A stretch of DNA of 64,000 bases from Candidatus Latescibacterota bacterium (GTDB lineage Bacteria; Latescibacterota; UBA2968), in contig OZ242311.1 in NCBI GenBank assembly GCA_965207885.1, positions 960,001 to 1,024,000 of the forward strand, read 5' to 3'. The notes under the pieces are model-generated. The model had not been told where the DNA came from and ran no database searches. It was given only the letters and a program-made list of their open reading frames with translations. A program made the position numbers and the translations under genes. Every line of letters begins with the position of its first letter. Position 1 is the first letter of the stretch. Of this stretch, positions 56,324 through 64,000 are shown in pieces.

Positions 56324-56356
56324 GTCATCGCGGCATGGTGTTGAGCCGCGATCCAG
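56324..56356 (+). repeat. REP-like palindrome (copy 6, identical to copy 5)
   Basis: gtcatcgcggcatggtgttgagccgcgatccag. Confidence 0.85.
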
Positions 56357-56370
56357 TGCGCTTGAATAAC

Positions 56371-58680
56371 TTATACCCCGAGCGCAATATTGTAGCTTTT
56401 TCCTTTTTCAGTTTGGAACGCTATTTCCCCCTGTCCTTCTGCGATGACCGTCCGGTCGTCATTGACAGCGCGCATAGATCCATTGTATAGCAGGCGGATG
56501 GGATTGCCCAATAGGGAAGTTATGTGCGCGGTTTTCCCCCCGTTTTTCCATTGTAAATCTACAATAAATCCACCCCTTGCCCGCAGGCCTTCTGCGTTGC
56601 CTTCTGTCCATGCGTCTGGCAGTGCGGGAAATAGTTCGACGGCGTTGTGATGGCTTTGTAATATCATTTCCACAATACCCGCGGCACCGCCCATGTTGCC
56701 GTCCATCTGAAACGGGGGATGGTTGTCGAATAGGTTGGGCAGTGTCGAGCGTATGAGCAGTTGTCGCACATCTTCCCAGGCGCGATCCGCGTCTTTCAGG
56801 CGCGCCCACACGTTGATGAGCCAGGCTCTGCTCCAGCCCGTGTGTCCGCCGCCATGCGCGAGGCGGTGTTCAATGCTTTTGCGCGTGGCAGCCAAGAAGT
56901 CGGGTTGATCGACGAGTTGGAAGCCGGGATATACGCCGTAGATGTGTGAAATATGCCGGTGCCCCGGTTCTGGTTCTTCAAATTCTTCCGTCCATTCCAT
57001 CAGGCGTCCATCGGAACCGATTTGTGGTTCCGCGAGACGGGATAATGCGTTTTTTATGTCGTCGATAATGGGGTCGTCGAGAGATAGGATCTCGGCACAG
57101 CGCAGACAATTTGTGAATGTTTCCCAGATGATCTGCTGGTCCATGCTCGGTCCCATGACGAGGTTGCATACGTCCTGCGTGCCCGGCGCGAGGAAGCGAT
57201 TTTCCGGTGAAGAGGAGGGACCGGATACGAGTTTGCCGGTTTTTGGATCTTCTGCCAACCAGTCGAGGAAGAACAGGGCGGCATCCCGCACAACCGGCCA
57301 GGCCTGGTCTCGCAGAAATGTTTCTGAGCCGTTAAAATCCCAGTGTTCCATAAAGTGCCTGCTGTTCCATCCGCAGCCCATGGGCCACATGCCGTATTGG
57401 ACCTTTCCCAATGGGTCGGTGAATCGCCACGCATCTGTTGTGTGATGCGCTGCGGTTCCGCGACAGCCATAGACTTCTTTTGCTGTTTGGCGGGCTGTTG
57501 TGCGCAGGGCGTTTGAAAACTCCAAATACGGTTCATGGCATTCGGGCAGGCCGACGAGTTCACAGAGCCAGTAGATCATCTGGATATTGATGTTGATGTG
57601 GTAGTCGCTGTTCCACGGGGCTTCGTATTCCTGGTTCCAGATGCCCTGTAGGTTGGCGCATAAACTGCCCGGGCGCGAGCAACAGATTGTCAGGTAACGT
57701 CCGAAGTTGAAGTAGAGTGCGACGAGCGCGCGGTCTGATGTGTGTTCGAATTCGGCGAGGCGGCGGTCTGTGGGTATGTTGTCATTTTTGTCTTCTCCGA
57801 GGGAGAAGGCGCATCGGTTAAAGTAATTGTTGTGATCCCGAACGTGTTCGCGTTTTATGCGGGGATATGGACGCGCACTATCGATTGTGGATATCGCGGA
57901 GGCTTTCAGGTCGTGTGTCAGGGATGTGTAGGGGTCGTCAAAGTTGTAGTCTGTGTCGGCGCAGACGACTATGGTGACTGCGTCTGCTTTTTCGACGATG
58001 AGGGCGTCGTTGGCACACTGGACGCGCCCGTTTTCGGCAATTGCTTTGATGCCTGCAGAGAATTTTACGCCGGGATGGGTTTCTCCGTGTCCCGCACGGC
58101 CGGTTATGAGGAGTGTGTTTTCAGATATGCCCGACCACTGCGCGTTTTCTTCCCGATGAAAAGATATCCGACACGATATTGCGCCTGTTTTGTCCGATGC
58201 GATGCGACAGATTATTGCCCGGTCGATTGCTGTGGCAAATACTTCCCGATGATATGCGATCCCATTTGCAACCCATCGCGTTGTGGCGATTGCAGAGTTT
58301 AGTGAGAGTTCGCGGCGGTAATCGGTGTGTTGTTCGCCGCCGCTTTGCTCGATGAGCAAGTCACCCAATGTCTGATAGCTGCGCGGTGCAATGCGTTCTC
58401 CCATGACGCCTTCTTGCACGAGGTCCTGCGCTTCGGTGTATTGGCCTTCAAAGAGCAGTTGACGCGCGCGTGCGACGACCTGTTGCGCGCCCGGTGGTGA
58501 TTTGGGTACGGGAGGTCCCGCCCAGATCGAGTCTTCGTTCATTTGTATGCGTTCATTACTCACCCCGCCAAATACCATGGCGCCGAGTTTTCCAGCCCCC
58601 ACGGGCAAGGCGTGATTCCAATTTTCCGCTGGTTCGTCATACCAGAGTTTCATTATATTCCTCCGCTGTTTTAGTTCCAT
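56371..58680 (-). CDS. GH95 alpha-L-fucosidase/alpha-L-galactosidase
   Basis: [66 protein letters not shown]; start may be the second Met. Confidence 0.93.
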   Translation of the reverse strand: MELKQRRNIMKLWYDEPAENWNHALPVGAGKLGAMVFGGVSNERIQMNEDSIWAGPPVPKSPPGAQQVVARARQLLFEGQYTEAQDLVQEGVMGERIAPRSYQTLGDLLIEQSGGEQHTDYRRELSLNSAIATTRWVANGIAYHREVFATAIDRAIICRIASDKTGAISCRISFHREENAQWSGISENTLLITGRAGHGETHPGVKFSAGIKAIAENGRVQCANDALIVEKADAVTIVVCADTDYNFDDPYTSLTHDLKASAISTIDSARPYPRIKREHVRDHNNYFNRCAFSLGEDKNDNIPTDRRLAEFEHTSDRALVALYFNFGRYLTICCSRPGSLCANLQGIWNQEYEAPWNSDYHININIQMIYWLCELVGLPECHEPYLEFSNALRTTARQTAKEVYGCRGTAAHHTTDAWRFTDPLGKVQYGMWPMGCGWNSRHFMEHWDFNGSETFLRDQAWPVVRDAALFFLDWLAEDPKTGKLVSGPSSSPENRFLAPGTQDVCNLVMGPSMDQQIIWETFTNCLRCAEILSLDDPIIDDIKNALSRLAEPQIGSDGRLMEWTEEFEEPEPGHRHISHIYGVYPGFQLVDQPDFLAATRKSIEHRLAHGGGHTGWSRAWLINVWARLKDADRAWEDVRQLLIRSTLPNLFDNHPPFQMDGNMGGAAGIVEMILQSHHNAVELFPALPDAWTEGNAEGLRARGGFIVDLQWKNGGKTAHITSLLGNPIRLLYNGSMRAVNDDRTVIAEGQGEIAFQTEKGKSYNIALGV

Positions 58681-58841
58681 AAATTCTCTGGTAAAATAGC
58701 AGGTGAATTCGGTTCTCGCAACTGTCTATTACATCGTATCAAAAAAGGCTGTTTATATTTGTGACTCAGGGTTCGTTGACACCCTTTTGGCTTTCGGATA
58801 TATTGATTAAAAGATCACTATAATTTTTTAGGAGACATGCT

Positions 58842-59117
58842 ATGGCCAAAACAGAAAAGAATCCAATCTGGCAAGATCGCATCGTCACTGACCCGTTGAT
58901 TCTGGCAGGAAAACCAACAATAAAAGGTACTCGGATTTCAGTGGAACTGATCATGGAATTGCTGGACGGAGGGCGTAGCGAAGCCGATATCATTCGCAGA
59001 TATTCGCATATTACCCTGAAAGATATCCAGGCCTGTCGGGAGTACGCCGCCACTGGTGCAAAGTTGTCCAATGTGACCTGGGAGGATATTGACGCGATTA
59101 TGGATGGCAAACGGTGA
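58842..59117 (+). CDS. DUF433 domain protein (antitoxin-like)
   Basis: RIVTDP.IL.GKP.IKGTRISV..I...L; AGGAG RBS; TTGACA and TATATT boxes upstream. Confidence 0.87.
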   Translation: MAKTEKNPIWQDRIVTDPLILAGKPTIKGTRISVELIMELLDGGRSEADIIRRYSHITLKDIQACREYAATGAKLSNVTWEDIDAIMDGKR

Positions 59118-60145
59118 TGGACAGAATGAATCGTCCACAGGTGCAAATCGAGTCTGAGAATAAGATCTCCACGCTTCGACATCATTTGGAAAAGATGTTG
59201 CCGGAGTTTGAAGCGTTGCCGGGTGTCATAGGCTTAACTTTGAATGGCGGGCTGTCACGGGGTTATGCAGATCATCTTTCAGAGATCGATGTAACCATCT
59301 ATTTGACTTCAGAAGCTTTTGTGGACTGGCAATCGAGTAAGCCTCCGATTGCTGTTGGGATTACCAAATTGGCGGGGCAACTCTATGATATCAAGTATGT
59401 AGATTTTAGGGCTGAAAGCGCGCGCGATTGGGATGATACGGAACTGTGGGATGCATCGTATGCGGAGATTCTGTTTGACCCTGAGGATCTTCTCCATTCA
59501 GTTTTTTCTGAGAAATTGGCTGAGCGACCTGAACCCGGTAAGGCGGGAAATTTGCTGATGAGTTGCTGGTGGTATTTCCGGCTTGCGGGCGATAGTTGGA
59601 TTCATCGGGGGGATGTTCTACAGGGTCATCATATATTCAATCAGGCTGTGACTGCGTTGGTTCAAGCACTTTTTGTAGCCAACCGGGAGTATATTCCACA
59701 TGAGAAGTGGTTGCTGCATTTGAGCCGCAGTCTTGGGTGGACGCCAGAGAATTGGGCGGAGCGCTTACAGGCTGCGATGAGTACGGGAGATTTGACTGTG
59801 GAGAGTTTGAAGTCCCGGCAAATTACAATCGCGAGTCTGTGGCGGGAAATAGATAGGTATATTATTGAAAAGTATTATCCATATCTGCCTGTTCACATGA
59901 TGCAAAAGACGAGTTACGAGAGGTTAAAATTACTGGCGAAAGAAGGGTCCATATCGAAAGGCGAATGGCAAATGAGAACGGGTTCGGGCGTTCCCGGTGG
60001 AGATCCATTTTATCCAATTTTTAAATTTGAGGACGATGAGCTGATTTTTGATCTGCAGGCATTGCTCGCAATTGATGAAGACGATATGTATAATTGGCAC
60101 TATGAAGTTCTGTTGGCTGTGAAAGAGGATCTTCAGGAGGAGTAG
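59114..60145 (+). CDS. Pol-beta-type nucleotidyltransferase-domain protein (DUF4037-like)
   Basis: GG.SRG.AD..SEID NTase motif; LF..NREYIPHEKW helical domain. Confidence 0.7.
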   Translation: MMDRMNRPQVQIESENKISTLRHHLEKMLPEFEALPGVIGLTLNGGLSRGYADHLSEIDVTIYLTSEAFVDWQSSKPPIAVGITKLAGQLYDIKYVDFRAESARDWDDTELWDASYAEILFDPEDLLHSVFSEKLAERPEPGKAGNLLMSCWWYFRLAGDSWIHRGDVLQGHHIFNQAVTALVQALFVANREYIPHEKWLLHLSRSLGWTPENWAERLQAAMSTGDLTVESLKSRQITIASLWREIDRYIIEKYYPYLPVHMMQKTSYERLKLLAKEGSISKGEWQMRTGSGVPGGDPFYPIFKFEDDELIFDLQALLAIDEDDMYNWHYEVLLAVKEDLQEE

Positions 60146-60149
60146 TACG

Positions 60150-60204
60150 GGGAAGGGGAGAGTATGTCTCCCCTTCCCTGTACGGGGAGAGGCCGGGGGA
60201 GGGT
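60150..60204. repeat. GC-rich palindromic intergenic element between convergent genes
   Basis: GGGAAGGGGGAG-agtatgt-CTCCCCTTCCC hairpin continuing into a purine-rich arm. Confidence 0.5.
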
Positions 60205-60207
60205 TAG

Positions 60208-61359
60208 CTATAGTGAATTTACAGATTTGTAAACGTCGAGTATTGGTACCTGTTTTTCGCGTGCAATACGGGCGCAGTCGTCGTATTCGGGGGTGATGCG
60301 TTGTTTGCCGCCGATGTCGGCGATTTTGACGCGGATGGGACCGTACGGGGTTTGGACGGTGTCTGTGCGGCGTTCGAGGATGTGGCGTTGAACGGGCAGG
60401 CGGCGGATGCCGAGGGTGGTGGTTTCTGAAAAGATGAGTTCGGTGAGTTCGGTTTCTTTGTTGGGGTCGGCCAGGACAGTGAGTTGAATGCCTGGGCGGC
60501 CTTTTTTCATGATGACGGGGGTGAGGAAGGCGTCGCGCGCACCGGCTTCGAGCAGGCGGTCGATGAGGTAGCCGTAAATTTCAGGAGTCATGTCGTCGAT
60601 ATTTGTTTCGAGCAGGACGGGTAAATCTGTCCGGGGATCTGCGACGAGTTCACCGATTTCGACGCGGAGGAGGTTGGGTACCTGTTCGACATCGCGCGTG
60701 CCAGCACCATAACCCGTGCTTTCTGTGCGTAGCTGAATTGTTTCGCCAATATTAGCGGCGAGTGCCGTGAGGAGAGCCGCACCGGTGGGGGTGACGAGTT
60801 CATACGGGATGTCTGTGCGTTCGGATGGAAAGCCTTTTGTCATTTCTACGACCGCGGGAACCGGGACGGGCATCGCCCCGTGTGCGCCCCGCGTGTGACC
60901 CGAGCCAAATCGGAATTTGGAGGCGTAGATCGCTTCGATTTCGAGGAGTTCGAGGCCGACGATAGCGCCGACGACATCGACGATGGCATCTACTGCGCCT
61001 ACTTCGTGGAAGTGGACCGCTTCAATGGTGGTGCCGTGGATTTTTGCTTCGGCTTCGGCGAGTTTTTGAAAGACGCGCGCGGCTTTTTCTTTTGCAGAGG
61101 CCGATATCTCGCTGTTGTTGATGATTTCAAGAACGTCTTTCAGGTGCCGGTGGACGTGGCCTTCCCGAGCGTTGACGTCTATTTTTGTGCCGGCAATGCC
61201 GTGTTTTTCCACGCGACGCTGGGAGAGGGTGAATTCGCGCACACTGAGTTTGTCGAGTTCAGATTTCAGGACGGAAAAAGACAAGCCCGCATCGACGAGC
61301 GCGCCGAGGGTCATGTCGCCGCTGATGCCGGCAAAGCAGTCGAAATAGGCGACTTTCAT
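60208..61359 (-). CDS. larC: Nickel pincer cofactor biosynthesis protein LarC
   Basis: YFDCFAGISGDM.LGAL.D.G, VHFHEVGA.DAI.D, TPTGAA, ETNIDD, MKKGRP, ETTT.G.R, PEYDDC. Confidence 0.93.
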   Translation of the reverse strand: MKVAYFDCFAGISGDMTLGALVDAGLSFSVLKSELDKLSVREFTLSQRRVEKHGIAGTKIDVNAREGHVHRHLKDVLEIINNSEISASAKEKAARVFQKLAEAEAKIHGTTIEAVHFHEVGAVDAIVDVVGAIVGLELLEIEAIYASKFRFGSGHTRGAHGAMPVPVPAVVEMTKGFPSERTDIPYELVTPTGAALLTALAANIGETIQLRTESTGYGAGTRDVEQVPNLLRVEIGELVADPRTDLPVLLETNIDDMTPEIYGYLIDRLLEAGARDAFLTPVIMKKGRPGIQLTVLADPNKETELTELIFSETTTLGIRRLPVQRHILERRTDTVQTPYGPIRVKIADIGGKQRITPEYDDCARIAREKQVPILDVYKSVNSL

Positions 61360-61370
61360 GAGATAATCCT

Positions 61371-61397
61371 AAAAAAAAGACCGTGAGTATTCACGGT
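61371..61397 (-). terminator. Terminator after the M23 peptidase gene
   Basis: ACCGTGA-loop-TCACGGT with a T8 tail on the - strand. Confidence 0.6.
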
Positions 61398-61433
61398 TAT
61401 AGAACTTGTTTATCCGGGAGGTGAGAAAAGAAT

Positions 61434-62873
61434 CTACTCTGCTACTACCCCTACCGGCAATGCAGTTGTGACGATTGAACCGTTTTTGCGATCTAAGAGC
61501 GCGAGATACTGGTCGCGCTGCTGGTGAAAATACGCCATGTATTTTTCGGGGATGGGTTGACCTGCGGGGCGATTGATTTTCCGCGTTGGGTTGATCAGTT
61601 TGTATTTGCCATTTACTGTGGCGTAAAAGTTGAAGTGCAAGTGTGGGCCTGTGGAGCGTCCGGTTGAACCTACATAACCGATGGTTTGTTTTTGGTTGAC
61701 GCGCTGTCCCTTTCTCAGGCCCCGCGCAAATCCCCTTAGATGGCCATAGCCGGTTTTATAGCCGTTGCTGTGTTCGATTTCGATATAGTTGCCAAGCGGA
61801 CCTTTGCGTCCGACAAAAGAAACCTTGCCATTGGCAACGGCCCAGACTTTTGTGCCGTATGGCGCGGCGTAATCCACGCCGTGATGCCGCGTGTATTTTT
61901 TTAGTATGGGATGAAATCTACGGTTGGTAAATGGGGAACTGATGCGGGTAAAGTTCAGGGGTTTACGCAGGAAGAGTGCCTGGAGTGTGCGACCTTTTGC
62001 GTCGTAGTAATTTCTGTTTCCTCTGGGGTCGGTGTAGAGAAATGCTTGAAAAGATTCTTTATCGCCTTCGTATTGGGCTGAGAGAATATCGCCATAGCGG
62101 ACAAAGGCACCGGATTTGCCGTAGAGTTTTTCAACGACGAGCGTAAATTCGTCGCCTGTTCTGCAGTCGTTGTAAAAGTCGATATAGTATTCAAATACGT
62201 ATTCGAGTTTGTCGCACAGAAGAGCCGGATTTTCACCGGTTTTTTGAAGCGCGCTCCAGATGTTGTCTTTTATGCGGCCGGATACGATAATGGCCTCTCG
62301 CTTCAATGGCAGGTTTTCTTGCCTGGCTTTGAGTTGGCCATTTATTCGTTCGACGATAAATTGCGTTTCGTGGTTGTTCTGCCTGGTGTATTTGAGGTGC
62401 TGAATGGTTGAACGGCTGTCGAGCACCAGTTCATAGCGATCCCCACGCCGAACGATATTGGGATTGAATGACGCGCGTTTAATATCTCTGTGTAGCACAT
62501 CGATAAGTTCGAGAACTTCGGTGCGCGAGATATTTTCGCTCGTGAGGGCTTCGGTGAGATTTTCTTTGTTGGCGATATAGCCCACAATTCTGGTGGTTTT
62601 GGATTCTGGAGGAAGGGTAAGTGGGAGGATGAGATCTGCTTCAACTGGATCTGGTTTTGCGGGACTTTCTTCAGTCATTTTTGCGACGGGTTCATCTTTT
62701 GCCGGTTCTTTGCCAAGACCAAAGAGCATACTGACGGATATTAGTAAGCAGAAGAAGATCCATCTTTTGCGTGGCTTGGGGGATTTGGGCTGACCTTTAT
62801 AAGCGCGAACCGGCATGTGGGGAGGGACCCTCGTGAACTTTGATGTGTTGCTGACTGAATGTGCGCCAAACAA
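61434..62873 (-). CDS. M23-family peptidoglycan DD-endopeptidase (MepM-like)
   Basis: N-terminal TM anchor; RISS.F..RRFHPI, H.GVDYAAP.GT, YGHL, STGPHLHF; start uncertain. Confidence 0.9.
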   Translation of the reverse strand: MFGAHSVSNTSKFTRVPPHMPVRAYKGQPKSPKPRKRWIFFCLLISVSMLFGLGKEPAKDEPVAKMTEESPAKPDPVEADLILPLTLPPESKTTRIVGYIANKENLTEALTSENISRTEVLELIDVLHRDIKRASFNPNIVRRGDRYELVLDSRSTIQHLKYTRQNNHETQFIVERINGQLKARQENLPLKREAIIVSGRIKDNIWSALQKTGENPALLCDKLEYVFEYYIDFYNDCRTGDEFTLVVEKLYGKSGAFVRYGDILSAQYEGDKESFQAFLYTDPRGNRNYYDAKGRTLQALFLRKPLNFTRISSPFTNRRFHPILKKYTRHHGVDYAAPYGTKVWAVANGKVSFVGRKGPLGNYIEIEHSNGYKTGYGHLRGFARGLRKGQRVNQKQTIGYVGSTGRSTGPHLHFNFYATVNGKYKLINPTRKINRPAGQPIPEKYMAYFHQQRDQYLALLDRKNGSIVTTALPVGVVAE

Positions 62874-63039
62874 TAAACCATCTTGCTGTGTACGTCAACC
62901 GCATTATATTGGGGTCGCAAAATTGTGTCTGCTATATGTTGTAATTCGCGCGCTGTGACCTTGACGTTATCTGCAAGCCTGGGTAAATTGAGTTGTTGAA
63001 GATCAGGTGGGCCGATCAATAGCGAGGATATAATATACA

Positions 63040-64000
63040 ATGAATGCTGAGAAAATAGAACTCAAAGGTTTGTTTCCCGAAGAATTGGCACAGCATGTGT
63101 CCGATATGGGCCTGGAGCGGTACAGAACCCGACAGTTGGTTGACTGGCTCTACAACAAGGGTGTCACGGATTTTGAGTTGATGACGAATTTGTCCAAAAC
63201 CGTGCGCGCGCAGTTCGATGAGCAATTTACGCTTTTGAGATTAAATTGCGTTGGTGAATTGAGGTCTTCGTCAACAGATACGGTGAAGTTTTTGTTTGAG
63301 TTGCCCGATAAGCGGCTTATCGAGAGTGTTTTGATGTGGGATGGCAAGCGTCGCACGCTGTGTGTGTCGTCGCAGGTGGGGTGTCCGCTCGATTGCCAGT
63401 TCTGCGCGACTGCGCGCATGGGGTTGATTCGCAATTTGACGGCGGCAGAGATTGTCGAGCAGGTGTTGTACGCACAGCGTTTTTTGCGTGCAGAGGGCGA
63501 TGAGTTGACGCATGTGGTGATGATGGGGATGGGAGAACCTTTGCTGAATTTCGATCAGGTGATTCGAGCTATTCGATTGATCAATCTGGATTATGGGGCG
63601 GCTGTGGGCATACGTCGCATTACGTTGTCAACGGTTGGCCATGTGCCGGGTATTGCAAAACTGGCAAGAGCAAAACTCAAAATTGGATTGGCTGTATCGC
63701 TCAATGCGACGACCGATGAGCAGCGGTCAGAGATTATGCCGATCAATCGCAAGTGGCCTATTGCAGAACTCCTGTCCGCTGTGCGGGCTTATTACGATCA
63801 GGTCAGACGGTGGGTGACATTTGAATATGTGTTGTTGCACGGGTTTAATGATACAGCCGAAGATGCATACAGGCTGATTGACCTGATGCGAGATATTCCA
63901 TGTAAAATCAATGTGATACCGTGGAATCCCATTGAAGATGCGCGCTATGAACGCCCCCCGCAGAAAGCAATTGATCGGTTTGTCGATATTTTGTCTCAGG
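63040..64000 (+). CDS. rlmN: 23S rRNA (adenine2503-C2)-methyltransferase RlmN, truncated by the window end (absent from the ORF track)
   Basis: Hand translation from ATG 63040: MNAEKIELKGL...IESV...TLCVSSQVGCPLDCQFCAT (CxxxCxxC)...MGMGEPLLN...FEYVLL.GFND...NVIPWN. Confidence 0.93.
   Translation, partial: MNAEKIELKGLFPEELAQHVSDMGLERYRTRQLVDWLYNKGVTDFELMTNLSKTVRAQFDEQFTLLRLNCVGELRSSSTDTVKFLFELPDKRLIESVLMWDGKRRTLCVSSQVGCPLDCQFCATARMGLIRNLTAAEIVEQVLYAQRFLRAEGDELTHVVMMGMGEPLLNFDQVIRAIRLINLDYGAAVGIRRITLSTVGHVPGIAKLARAKLKIGLAVSLNATTDEQRSEIMPINRKWPIAELLSAVRAYYDQVRRWVTFEYVLLHGFNDTAEDAYRLIDLMRDIPCKINVIPWNPIEDARYERPPQKAIDRFVDILSQ

Noticed and set aside
60208-61359. Complete nickel-pincer (lar) operon
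   Set aside because: Only larC is present; no larA/B/E in the window, and dispersed lar genes are common
1-64000. Many long antisense or alternative-frame ORFs (e.g. 6985-7926, 32562-33926, 33923-35170, 46681-47661, 54505-55371)
   Set aside because: They overlap well-supported genes and have no motifs; they are shadows of strong codon bias

Overview
Bacterial chromosomal window with about 50 genes, mostly on the + strand. It is rich in sulfatases (10), PhyH-type Fe(II)/2-oxoglutarate oxygenases (6) and glycan-degrading enzymes (GH117, GH127, GH82, PL8, GH95). Together with a dockerin-like surface protein, this suggests a marine, possibly sponge-associated heterotroph; that assignment is inference only. 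0-15 kb is a compositionally patchy catabolic cluster resembling a carrageenan/red-algal galactan locus, led by three PhyH genes with a non-canonical H-x-G iron motif. At 20.3-22.5 kb is an uncharacterised TusA / DsrE / TusA::MetE-like operon. Two lower-GC defence-like islands follow. The first (22.6-29.2 kb) holds a GmrSD-like nuclease, an AlbA-HATPase-HTH gene and an Hrq1/YprA-like helicase, plus a degenerate copy of the downstream cupin gene start. The second (35.5-42.9 kb) holds SIR2 plus a ~970-aa partner, a RusA-like/REase pair, an intact IS5-family element and a RelE-Xre toxin-antitoxin module. Housekeeping genes include clpP, larC and rlmN (truncated by the window edge). A dispersed GTCA...TCCAG REP-like palindrome family is present. 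No rRNA, tRNA, CRISPR array or integrase was recognised. All family calls come from reading motifs by eye, not from database searches.
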